This document shows positions 37,142 to 49,370 of a DNA stretch of 64,000 nt, piece after piece. Origin of the DNA: Phoronis australis (Eukaryota > Animalia > Phoronida); assembly GCA_002633005.1 (NCBI GenBank), contig NMRA01000127.1, forward strand, positions 767,253-831,252. The letters are read 5' to 3'. How positions within the stretch are numbered: position 1 is the stretch's first letter; each line of letters starts with the position of its first letter. The notes beneath the pieces are model-generated. The model was not told the DNA's origin. It saw only the letters and a list, made by a program, of their open reading frames with translations, and did not search any database. The translations under genes and the position numbers were made by a program.

Positions 37142-37267
37142 ATAAACTTCTCAGATAGTGAAATCCTCATCTTACAGTCAGCTTGGGAGCAAGGGATGCG
37201 AAAAGAGAATTCTGCAGAAGTCAAGGAAACTGCCAAGAAATTGGGTTGCTCAGAGAGACGAGTCAAG
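37142..37267 (+). CDS. Homeodomain-like exon (INFSDSEILILQSAWEQGM...AKKLGCSERRVK)
   Basis: tttcag acceptor; weaker gtgcag donor at the common homeobox intron position (VK|TW). Confidence 0.7.
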
Positions 37268-40200
37268 GTGCAGTGATCAATGGGATTTGTTTGTTAAGAA
37301 TAATGAGCTCAAAACTTGCAGCAAGACCAAAATTAGACACAATTAGAAAGTTCACAATACTAACTGAAATAATGAAACAATAACATGCAGTTAAATGCAC
37401 CTGAGTACTTTGTATGTTAGGGGCATATTACGGTCATCTCTGCGTCTGGCATCTGCCTCCTGTATCTACCAAACCGCTTGTAGGATCATGAAAATTCGTA
37501 GGTCTATGTGTCTATCAAGGTGTTGCTGGCATCTGCTTCTCTATCCATACGACCCATCATTTTGAAATGTGGCGGATGTGTTTCAATAAAGACTAGAGGA
37601 GCACTGCTGACGTACTTTTTATGCGCCCACATATTTATATGTGGTCGCATATTGCCGTCATCTCTGTCCGGCAGGCCTTCATGCAGCGTACGTCCTGGGC
37701 GTCCAAATGGACGCCCAGGACGTACGCACTAATGTAGACGCCCTGGCAAGGACGCCCAATGTATCATTTGGACGCCCTGTCAATCAGATTTTCTCCAGTT
37801 TAGACACCCACATTGAAAGATTACCAAGACTCCTAGTTAATCAAAGCAGGAAGTTGGTCCTTTCAACTGGGAAAGAAATATACAAAGTCTTTAAAATGTT
37901 GCAATATTCAAACTATTTGGTGGACCTGTCAATCATTAGCACGAGGTTGGTTGCCAGAGTGTCTGCTTTTTCAATAGACTCACATGCTATTGCCATTCTG
38001 TACTTTATATAGGGACATGGACCTTGCTTAACTCCAAACTGGTGTTTCAGAGCTGTAATTTCATGTACTTCATCTTTTTTTAAAAATACCAAAAGCAAAA
38101 TAAATGTCATTATTTTAATAATATGATGTGCCGCAAGAATATCCCCATTTAAAATGTTTGAGTTTTCGCCTGTTTCATGCTTTTCTATGTGCGTCTAAAA
38201 CGGAGCAGCAGTGACACCTGTTGTCAAAATATAAACCATACATCANCAATACTCCCGTTGTCGGATTGCTTCGATGGATTTTGCGCCATCTAGTGGCCAT
38301 TTTTACTATTTTCGAGTCGTTTTTTTGGCGTCTGCCCCTCTAACAATCAAACCACTCTAAGGATGATTGTGAAAATTGGCATGTATGGTCTTACTATGAA
38401 GAATACAGTTGACGATGATTTTCTGATGACTTCGACTACTGTGTTGCCTCCTAGTGGCAGTTTTGTTTATTTTTGCACCATGGCTGTATCTCCTAAATGC
38501 TCCACAGGATCTTTATTAATTATAGCAAATGTATTTATATAAAGTTGACAACAGACGACGACTTTCGGACAGATCGGCCTACTGGTGTGCCCTCTAGTGG
38601 CAATTTTATTAGTTTTTTACGTTAATTGCTATATTTTCAAAGGTACTTTACATATTTCCATAAAATTTGGCACATAGACATCCATTAGTGAGTTGATGCT
38701 AGCCATTCATATTGGGATTGATTCAAGGTTTTTTACGCCACCTATTGGCCATTATTGTTGTTTTTGAGTCTGTTTTGTGGCGTTCGTCCCTCTGTCAACC
38801 AAACCACTCTAAGGATGATTGTGAAAGTTGGCATGTAAAACTATGTACTTTCTATGAAGGGGACGGTTGCCGATGATTTTCTGATGACTTCGACTACTGT
38901 GGCGCCTCCTAGTGGCGTTTTTTTTTTTTTGCACCCCTACCTGTATCTCCTAAGCCCTCTGCAGGATCTTTATTAAATTTAGCACGTGTTTTTATATGAA
39001 ATTAACAAGAGAAGATGACGACTTTTAGACTGATTCGATGAACACTGTGCCCCCTAGTGCAATTTCCTTTTTTTGTTTTCCTCTGTTTCTCTGAAGTTTC
39101 GTTTTTTTTTGTTTTCCCTTTTTCTCTGAAGTTCCTCGACGAATTTTAATTAAAGTTGGTAAATGGCTTTCTTTTAAAAAACGATGACATCTTTTTGGTT
39201 TTCAGATGGATTCGATGTATTTTGCACCAGCTAGTGGCCATTTTAATGACACAAATAAACAACCCTAAAAGCACACCATTTGCGATGCATTCGTGGGCGC
39301 ATTTCAACGTTCTGCATTGCTTTTGTTTGGATGATTTGAGTACTGCACTGCCACCTAATGGCAATTGAGCTCTTATTTATATACCTCAATTCATGTCGAA
39401 TTCTTTAATGGACATTTTTCTGACTGCTGCATTTGCGTGTTTGAGCACGTTTTATATTTTGCCATTTGCGATGCACACCATTGCTTTCATGTTTATTCAT
39501 TTTTTCTTTGCTGGTAAATTGTGAGGGTACAAGTCTGTACCATATAGCCTAAAACGCCCTTTGTTCAGGGCTTGGAATTTTCCTCCTTTAAGAGGATTTC
39601 CCCGTTTTGGTTTCGATTTCTTCTCATTTAATTTCCAGTTCTCTCCTCTTTTTTATTATTTTTGGCTTTATTTAGACTATAACGTTCATTGCAGTTAAAT
39701 TTTACAACACAAGCAGTATTTCTATCACACAAGCCTATTTGTGGAACAATACATCACGTGGAAATTTTTCTTCTTTTTGTCAATGATTATTCCAAACCCT
39801 GTTTGTTGAAGTATTTGTGTCTTGTAATAATTATTATTATAAAATTGTATGTAATCAAATGAAAATGAAACAGAATTACAGAAGATGGATTACAGGGATA
39901 TTCCTGGACTGCGCCTTTGCGCCATTAACGCATAAAATAAAAAGGCACAAAACGTTCAAACCTGGTCAAGAATATCCCTGGGATTATGTGGTACACTGAA
40001 AACTAGCCAATAAATGTAACCTCATATTGAGTGGTGCTGATCAAAGAGTATATTATCAATTTATTAGAGCCACTGTGATTGTCTGAGAATTTTAATAAAT
40101 TTCAACCAAAATATACAGTTTATATTGGCATTCTTTGATTCATGGTCTAGCTTTTTTGTTTGTAATCATTTATTTGCATTTTGGATTTTTATGTCACTTA

Positions 40201-43200
40201 AGTCTGAAAGTTTTGATTTTATTTCTCAGACTTGGATCAACAATTATAGAAAAAAAGTTACAGGAAAAACATATGAGAGACGGAAAATGCTTTATCTCAA
40301 GGGGAAGAGTGCGTACAACCAGTTCTGCCATGAAAAGGGTGAGTGCTATACTTAGATCCTTTTTTTGTTAAATTAGCTTCTGAATTTCACGTTGCATTTT
40401 ATTATTATTTTTATATACGTCTTTCTTTAGTAAAATGAAAAAATATGTTTTCTTGTTAGTGAATAAGACATAATAGCATTATTCATTAAACAATTGCCAC
40501 TTGTTAGGGTAACTTAAAGTTCTTTCTCAACAGAATTCTTTACTAACACTGCTACACCACACATATGGCAAATACACAAGATGAAGGACACTTAATGAAA
40601 CCGGAAGGCTGGTGTATGTATTCGTAATGCATTATTTTATCATTCTCATATTTGATCAACAGGTGCTGAAGTTGGGGCTGGTAATTTCAAGCAGTGGGGA
40701 GAAGAGTGGAAAAAACTTTCACTGGATGAAAAGATGAAGTACAAGGAAAAGTCGTCTGAACATGTCACCCCGGGCCCACATTCAAAGAACAAGCTGATGC
40801 AAATTTTCACCCAAACAGTGAGTTTAAGTATTTATTTGGTGCTAACTTGTATTCTTAATCAGGAACAAGCAAACTGAAGTCCAGTTGATCGGACTGTCAA
40901 GATCAACTTAAAAATAGCATAGCATGTACACGATTTTGTTTTTTGAATTTTTTAAATATCTTCACTGTGTCAAATTGAATTTTATGGGAATCTATTTCAC
41001 CAATCCTACTAATGATATTCAGTCTTGAACAAAAACTAAATTTCAAAAACATTGAGAAACTTATTTTAATTTCAGGTTGAAGACTTATCAGACTTAGGGG
41101 TTAATATTGCTGGACTTGTGTGGGACTCTTCTGGCAATAAGGTGAACAGCTTTGGCAAGGCAACACTGGCATCGTTCTTTGACAATGTCATGATGGCAGA
41201 TTTTTACTTACATGAAACAAAAGGTGGGTGAGTCACAGCATGTGGTGTGCAAGTTGTGTTTGTTAAAATGCTAAAAAGGTTCATGTCATTTTTTGTTGTC
41301 TCTGTCTCTCAAAATAGATGTTTTAACTGTTATTGAGGTTTGATGTTTATTATTTAGGAAATTGTCCTAATGCAGGCCCTTTGTCTTACTTTTAAATGCA
41401 ATCACTATTGAACCGTCTGTTTTGAGTTGTAAAACAACTATTTTCTTCTTAAAGAGGTTTTTAAGATGTTTAAGTAAATCTATTCTGAAATTTTCAATAT
41501 ATCTGTTTCTAACTTTTCTATAGAAATCATATACTTTAACTTGTCATAATATTTGTTTCAATTAACAGGCAGTCAAAGTAACCAGACAGGTGTGCAAATG
41601 AAAGATCTGAGAGTAGAGTTACGCCATCTGCTAAATGATCTGTACTGTAAGTTGAAATATATTATTGCAAAAAACTTCATCCCTATAAATTACCGTAGTT
41701 AATCATGTGATGAAGAAGAGACGAATCCAAATGGGAGAAGCCAGAACGATATGCCAGTGTCCAGTTTGCACTCTATATAACAAATCCTGTTCCACAGTAG
41801 GAATTGTTAAGAACACTGTTTCGGTTTCCTAACACACCCGTGACCTCTACGCACCCACAACTGGAGTTCCTTGACGTTCTTCATGAAATTGAGCAAACAA
41901 TTTTCTATCATGAAGACGACAGCATCTTTCTTTTTCGTGATGAATTGGACGTAATCTGCATCAACTATTGGCCATTTCTTTAATCTGTTTTTTTGCCTCC
42001 TGCTTCAGAATCTGTATCTGCTAAACCACACTGAAGGTCATTATGAAAATTGGAAGATGTGTTTCTACTGTGTTCCTAAACCCCTAGCATGAAATTTTGC
42101 AGTTGTATTCCTATTAAATTGACAGCAGATGGATGCATTTGACTACTGCTGTTGTTCCTAAGAGCAGTTTGTTTTTTGCATTTGTCTTTGTATTTTTGGA
42201 GTCCTTTGACAAATTTAGATAAAATTTGGCAAATAATTTTGAGACAGCGACACCTTCCCATTTTCACAATGGGTTCAATGTATTGTGAGCCATCTCATTG
42301 CCATTTTTGTCATAGAAATATATACCCTCAGAAAGTTTTAAGTGGTGCAGTGTTAAACTTTTGTTTAAACAATCAAAAATCATTCAAGAACACACCCTAT
42401 TCTCCTTGTTGCAAAGTTAACTTTATATGAACATAAAAAAACTTGGTTTTCACGTAAATTTAGGGGAAATTTGCACCAGATCAAATGTTTGCTTACACTA
42501 TTATGATTTTTTTTACTTTAAAGGTTATGTAAACTTGACTAGAATCCTTGGCTCTGGTGCACACATGTCAGAGTAGCCGAATAAATATTAGTTGTTGAGT
42601 TACAATTTCAATTTTGATCTATTTCCTATGTTGTTCCATTAAAAATATGTGCTTAAACCAGTTAAATTTTTCTTTATAGCGACTGCTGTGGGAAAATCTT
42701 CTCGAGTACCCTACCAAAGTGTTAAGGAGGGCAAAATAGTTATTGAAACAAATATGCCAGGCTTAGTTTTGAGAAAACCAGACTACTACAGCTTGACCAG
42801 ATTGAAGGAAATTCTAGATTTCCACAGGAGGACAGGACTTTTACTGAAAGTGACAAGGTAAACAGTGTTGTGAATTATGTGCTTATAGGTTTAATTAAGA
42901 GCTATGAGGTTTTGTTTAACATGTTGGTTAAGGCTATGGAGAGCCTCATTAACAAGACGACATTCAGCCAACACGCTTCAAAAGCATACTGTATACAGAA
43001 GTTCACTCCGCCAAAGTATACATTTTCTGAAAGAGGAAATTCTTCTGAATTTGATTGTTGAATATATACCAATCTGACATAAATAAGCTGTGGTGAGCAT
43101 GCTTTTTTAATAAAATTTAGCACAAGAAAAGAAATATGCATTCATAACAAAACAACAGGATCAATTACATGACCTTATTTCATATGATATAAATGTTCAA

Positions 43201-45925
43201 GGTAAAGACCTATCTTTTCGATGTCCATCATGCAATTATAGACCCATTTCTATTCTTCCAACAATCTCAAAAATTATAGAAAAAAATATCCATACTCAAC
43301 TTTCAACTTTCCTAAATGAAAATGATATTCTTAATAAACATCAACATGATTTCAAGAAATGTCACTCTACAGAACTTGCTTCGCTTGAACTTTTAGACCG
43401 CATTTGTTCCCATCTTGATAATGACATGAATCCCCTGGTCATCTTTCTAGATCTCTCTAAAGCTTTCGACACAATAGACCACCAAATACTCTTGCAAAAG
43501 ATAAATCACTATGGTATTTCTGGAGTTGAATATACACGGTTTAAAAGTTATCTCTCAAACTGCACCCGATATGTTTCACTAAGTGATCACTAAGTGATAC
43601 AACTTCCAGTTGGTTACCAATAGCTACCGGAGTTCCCCAAGGCTCTGTCCTTGGCCCACTTCTCTTCCTAGATTACATAAATAATCTTTCGTTTTCTTCT
43701 CCCATGGACACACTTCTTTATGCTGACGACACTTGCCTCGTCACACCTTACAAACTGACTGAATCTTCCCAACACACTTTACAGCAATCAACCACCATCA
43801 ACAACAACGTTAAATCTATTTCAGACTGGTTTTCCGTGAACAAACTTTCAATTAACACATCAAAAAGTAAATTAATGATCTTCCACTACCCCCAAAAGAA
43901 AATTGAAAAATGTATTATTCCCACCATTTATATAAATAGCATATGAACAGTTTTCCTTTCCTTGGTATTACTGTTGACAAAAACCTCTCATGGTCCCCCC
44001 ACATTAACCTCATCTCAAACAAACTTAACAATCTTGGTGGACTCTTATACAAATTGAAATCATATCTTCCACTTACAGCTGTCAAGTTATTATATAATTC
44101 ACTTGTCCTTCCACATTTAAACTATGGCATTTCAACTTGAGGTTTTGGCAACACTAAGAAACTTCAGACGGCCCAGAAAAGAATCCTTAGGAATATATCA
44201 AATTCCAGTTATAATGCTCACTCTCTGCCCATATGTAAGGAACTTCGCCTCCCTCTACTTCAAGACATCTTTAAAATCTCAACTGCAAAATTTTACTAAA
44301 AATTCCTCAATAATCAGCTTCCAAAGTATTTTTACACTAACAACTTCTTTAGTAAACCCATCCAATATAAACCAACCAGACGCATTAAAACTCCTTAATA
44401 CCTGAATCAATACTCAGCTGCTATTCTGACAATACAACCCAAAATTTCAATTCCTCCGTCCAACAAATTGTCATCAAGAGCCTGTATTAGATTTCAGATT
44501 CCTCGACTTAAAAACAACAACAGAATACCAGTCTCTGCTCTAAATATAAAATCACATTCTTTGCAAGCATTCTCCAGGTTCTTAACCAATTTTATTATTA
44601 GCAACTACGACCCAGTTTGTCATATTTCCAATTGCTTCATATGTAACAGTATCTAATTGTATTCTCAAAATCTCCTGCTGTGCCAGTCTACTTCTTGGTT
44701 CCTGGCGTGTCGGTTGTTTTCAGCAATAATTCACTGTTTTCTTAAGTATTCCTACTGATTTTTGCATTTCCATTTGTGTCTTTCATTGTTTACTACACAC
44801 TATGGGAGCTGCGAATATTTGAGCACATGTACAATGCAGCCTGTGAAGTGTGTTAGTATATCGAAGTTATTCAACATGTTCTGAGTCTGTCTGGTTTGCA
44901 CACTTTACAGATTACAGCAAGACATCCAGTGAAGCTTCGGTCCCTGTCCTAATCTAATAAAATAAAAGGAACAACTTTGAACCAAAGGTATTAATACTAG
45001 GAAAACTTAGTCATTTTTCTCTTGTCGCCTACAATCTGAGGTTGCGTAGGTTGCATTGAAGTTCATAGTAATGCCTTGTATTGTTTAATGAACTATTAAT
45101 CATATACTACACAAAAGATTGACTAGGTGGACTGGTTTATTAAATTTTGGTATTTAAGTATATGATGTTTTTTACTGTGGACATATTTAAGATGATGGAG
45201 AGAGGAGAGGCGCATATGGTGGAATTCAAAGGTGATACTTAATCTGAAATTTCTTTCACAAAGAACCTGTTGATTAATAACATTGGTAATGTGTTTCCCT
45301 TGGTGATTCGTTCAATGGACCCATTACCATGTAGTCTGTGCACCTTCATCCTTTTCCTTTTCTAGTCATTGTAAGGTCAAAAATGTTTTACTGTTGCCTA
45401 GAGAATTGCAATGCCAACACAAAATTGAAAGCTGCATGTTATTATTCCAACTAAGCGCAAAACTGTGCGATAATGGCCGTGACGTTTGAGAACTCAGTCG
45501 ATTGTACAATCCAATTTTTGTTCGTCCACAAATGGAATTCAGGATGTGGTTTCATTGAATGAATGTCTCAACAGCTCATTTGATTGAATAGCTGTCTAGA
45601 ATTTAGACGATCTCGGTTACCAAATCGGGATCATTAATTTTTTCTGACTTTATTACTTCAGTAATCAACATGTGTCATTGCATGATTTCATGGATGTTGT
45701 GAATTATGTTGCAGACTCAAAAAAGAAACTAAAGAAAACCTGCCAGCAAAAAAAAAGAAACCAAAAAAGCAGGGACTTTGGACTGTCAAGGATATTTTAG
45801 GTATGCATATTACTAAAGATGGCAAAAAACAAGCAGAGGTGCAGTGGGAGACTGGAGAAGTGACGTTCAAGCCATGTGAAAACTTAAGAGATGTTATTGA
45901 GTCTCATCTCCCAAATTTGTCTTGA
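37142..45925 (+). CDS. Multi-exon gene: divergent (HDX-like) homeodomain + HMG box + GTF2I I-repeat-like domain + chromodomain-like C-terminus; start codon not located
   Basis: Exons 37142-37267, 40230-40338, 40663-40817, 41076-41223, 41569-41646, 42680-42857, 45715-45925 all have AG/GT ends and compatible phases (0,1,0,1,1,2) and give 1005 nt with no internal stop; domains recognised by motif. Confidence 0.75.
37617..39325 (+). mobile_element. HINE-like element of the same family, with a nested hAT MITE and an N at 38246
   Basis: 5' atgcgcccacatatttatatgtggtcgcat; subterminal IR gtgggcgcat at ~39293; internal tandem units. Confidence 0.65.
40230..40338 (+). CDS. Exon: homeodomain helix 3 end (TWINNYRKK) and HMG start (KGKSAYNQFCHEK)
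   Basis: ctcag/gtgagt boundaries. Confidence 0.8.
40663..40817 (+). CDS. Exon: HMG box (FKQWGEEWKKLSLDEKMKYKEKS)
   Basis: cag/gtgagt boundaries; G..W..L...EK..Y HMG signature. Confidence 0.85.
41076..41223 (+). CDS. Exon of the same gene (VEDLSDLGVNIAGLVWD...YLHETK)
   Basis: ttcag acceptor; open frame; phase-1 donor. Confidence 0.7.
41569..41646 (+). CDS. Exon: first part of GTF2I-like repeat (DLRVELRHLLNDLY)
   Basis: aacag/gtaagt boundaries, phase 1-1. Confidence 0.75.
42680..42857 (+). CDS. Exon: second part of GTF2I-like repeat (AVGKSSRVPY...LRKPDYYSLTRLKEIL...LKVTR)
   Basis: ttatag/gtaaac boundaries, phase 1-2. Confidence 0.78.
43205..44660 (+). mobile_element. 5'-truncated, degenerate non-LTR retrotransposon (CR1/L2/Crack-type RT) inside an intron
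   Basis: NYRPISILPTISKI, DLSKAFDTIDH, GVPQGSVLGPLLF, YADDT, FLG, LYNSLVLPHLNYG and terminal CHISNCFIC, spread over several frames with stops. Confidence 0.9.
45715..45925 (+). CDS. Terminal exon: Lys-rich putative NLS plus chromodomain-like motif (WTVKDILG...KDGKKQAEVQWETGEVTFKPCENL)
   Basis: gcag acceptor in phase 2 matching 42857; TGA at 45923-45925. Confidence 0.68.
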
Positions 45926-45956
45926 TAAGTTGTTGTTGGCCTTACCACATTACCTC

Positions 45957-46620
45957 GTTATTTCCCCACATATTTATACGTGGGTGCATATTGCCGTCAT
46001 GTCTGTCCAGCATCTGCAGCTATATCTCCTACACTGCAGTGCCGCATAGTGGTAACTTTGATTGTTACGGTTGCCTATGTATTTTCGTAATTCTTTGATG
46101 GATTTTCTTGAAATTTGGTGGATAGGTTTCTATTTTTAAGACAACAAAACCTTTACATTTTCGGACATCTTCACTGTTTCTGTGCCACCTACTGGTCATT
46201 TTTGAAATTTTGAGACCGTTTCTTTTTTGGCGTTTCCCTTTCTATCTGTAAAACTTGGAGGATTGTTGTTAAAGTTGGCAGACGTTATTCTGATGAGAAG
46301 CCCGCTTCTGACATTGATACTGAACGGGTTCCAGTACTTAAGTGCCACTTAGTGGCATTTTTGTTCCTCCTTAACCATTTGTAGGATCTTTCTGAAATTT
46401 GGCAGACATGCACCTACAGAGGTGACAACAGTTTATGACAAGTTTCAGACTCATTGGACTACCACTGTGTCCTCTAATGACAGTTTTAGTTGTTCACGTT
46501 TGTCTCTGTATTATCAAAGTTCATCAATGGATTTCCACGAAGTTTGGTAAATAGGCATTGATTTGTGGAAGGGTGTGACAATTGTAATGTCTCCTGGTCG
46601 CCATTTTGTCATTTTTGTTG
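45957..46620 (+). mobile_element. HINE-like element, partial
   Basis: Head cccacatatttatacgtgggtgcatattgccgtcat plus internal units. Confidence 0.55.
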
Positions 46621-49113
46621 CCTCAAATAAGCTACTGTATTTCCCAATGCTTAGTGCTGCTCAAATCTTGATGACGTACCAGCTTCAACCGCAGAGTGGG
46701 CACACAAGACACGGCATTTTTAGCGCCAACAAACAACGAGTTCTAAGTGGGACACCCAGACATTATGTGCCTAAAAGTCATTGCTGTTTAGAAATTGAAG
46801 AATTAGGTAATTTCATCTTTTGGCCCACCTTGCCAATGTTATGGTTAAGACTCTTGTATGGAAGTTAGGTTTGAAAAATTTCCGTCAACTTCTCGTGGTG
46901 TAATACAATTGATTCATGGTGTCACGGGTAGGTGTCTAATCTCTGTTTAATGTTTATCCACCATTATTATTTCCTACAGATTTTTCTGGCCCCAAGTACG
47001 TAGCTGGCTTAAAAGTGAATATAACAATTTGTTTGTGCTATGAGACTATATTCTGTAATAGACTTTTCAACTGATTAAAACGATGATTATTTTTTCTATG
47101 AAACGTGACTTGCATTCACATTTCAAAGTGTTGCCTATTGTTTGCATGTAATCCTCGAATGTGTGTTTTGTGAAAAGTTGTATTTGATATACACATAGAT
47201 TGTAAATGTTACCTTGGTCATAAATATTCTTCTCAAACAACTTCGCTGAACCTTTTCTTATCTAGCTATGTTATGTGTTGTACTACCGTTTGTTGACAAA
47301 GAATAATTTCATGGCTGAAATGGTTCATGAGTAGCAATAGTTATTACTTGGACATTGATTCGCTTTCTAGCTAAAATGCAATTGATTAGTGAAGGTCTGC
47401 ATTTTTTGATTGTTGGTGTACACTGATTTTCAAGTTCATCACTTGAAAATAAACTTATTGAAAATGTTTTTCTTCGTTATCATTATATTTTAATGTTTAA
47501 AAAGCCCTAATCAGTAATGAAAGCATTGAATACTTTATAATGAAGACATTTCTCCACCACTGATCTTGTCCTCTCACATCTTGAAGTTACAATGGGAGAT
47601 AAGTACAAAGAATACAGAAGTATACCTATTGAAATAGCGCCGGACAATCGTGAGTCTCTAGAGCCTAGTTCAAAAAGCATAAAAGATCTCAAAGCGACGG
47701 AAAATCATATGTGCGATTAGTTTCTCACCTTTGTGTACGTTGGCAAATGTTAACCCAAAAAGTTAGTATCGGAAAAGTCCAGGTACGCAGGTGTAATGGG
47801 CAAAATCGCCTAAGGCTATACAGTATTATATTGCCTGGGCGGGGGGGGGCACGACCCAAACATCTTAATTGGTGTGTATGTTAACGGGCTTCAAAAATAG
47901 CCCAGACATTTATGGAATGGTTTGAGACAAAAGGCACGCCCCAGTCGAAGAGAAAACCCTGAACATGTGACCACAAGGGAATGGTCTGTCAGCATCATTT
48001 TTTGCGATGACAGTTTAAGACATTAAACGCGTGACGTGCTATAATGGAGTGTTGATGGTGAAAAAGCTTCCTTTATAGTCTAAAACGGGTGAAAAACAAC
48101 GAAGGCGCGTAACTTGCTCGTGGTATGACACAAATCTGGATTACGTGACGCACTGGTGCGTTATATGACGCATTACGCGTCACCGTTATACACATTTTTT
48201 AATTGCAAATTACCAAAAATTAAATAAAGAAAATGTGTTAAGAGAGTGATAGTCTTTCGTATCTGCTCATTTTAGGGCATTTGAGTCACGTATTTACATA
48301 AACAGGAAATGGTGAAATATGCAACCTTATTAACAAGACATTTTTCTGTTTTCCAATGCCCAATTGAGAAATTTCTGTTTCAGAACGTGTGAATTTAAGT
48401 TCTTCAGTGATCCACAAGGGACATTTAAAATAAACAATTATCTTCTCAGCCACGACCAGAAACCTTTTTGTTTAACTGTGTTTATTTATACAGGCCAACT
48501 GGGACAGTTGTATACTAATAGATGGGTTCCCAAGGAACTACTTTCACTGACCAGTAAATTTCAAAAGGTCTACTGTGTGTAAAGGACACTCATGATTTAC
48601 AACGGTTCCAAAAATTCCAAACCATTGTGAGGTCTAGTTAACACCTCCAAGCCCAAAATGATATAAGACAAATGGCGAAAATTCTTTTTTTCACGACGTA
48701 CTATCAGCTGGTTTGTACACTCATTTAAACGAATAAAACGTCTTGCCACACTTTTCGACTACAGTGTGCACATGAAATTATAAAAGGCAAAGTATATACA
48801 TGTGAAAAAAACAGAAGGCGAACGTTAAGCATTAAAGATTGGGCAATAGCCACTTAAAAAGGTCCCCAGGTGTTGAGAACCAGTTTAATACCCCTTATTC
48901 AGAGGAGAAAAGCTGGTTTTCCAAAAACAGAACCCTGTAAGTGACTATTACCAAGATTGAATTTTGTTAACATGTTTATCGAACAGAGGTCTACTTTCTG
49001 GCACTTGACACATGAAAAAATTTTTATTCGCCATCACGATGGCAACCTTTTACTTCAAACTGACAGTCAGATCCATTAATTACACGTTGGTGAATTGTGA
49101 TTAATTATGTGTG

Positions 49114-49370
49114 TCAGCAATCCTCATCCCCACTATTGTCACATGATTTTTCTTCATCATTCTCAAGTTCCTCGTCGCACAGTATATTCAGTTTTGACCT
49201 TTCAATCACAGTTTCAATGGCGTCTATCAAAATACTGGGGTGAGTGGCTACGGTGTCGTTAAGCTGATGTGCAAGAGCTTGCAATCTCAACTTTAACCTC
49301 ATACATTTGTTCAACCACATATTAGATGCCTGTGCTTCATCACCTTCGTTCTTATACCGCTGGGCTTTTT
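49114..49370 (-). CDS. Orphan terminal-exon-like ORF with helical core and acidic tail (...KCMRLKLRLQALAHQL...DEELENDEEKSCDNSGDEDC*)
   Basis: Pyrimidine-rich acceptor ending ggaacag; protein-like composition; upstream exons not resolved. Confidence 0.35.
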
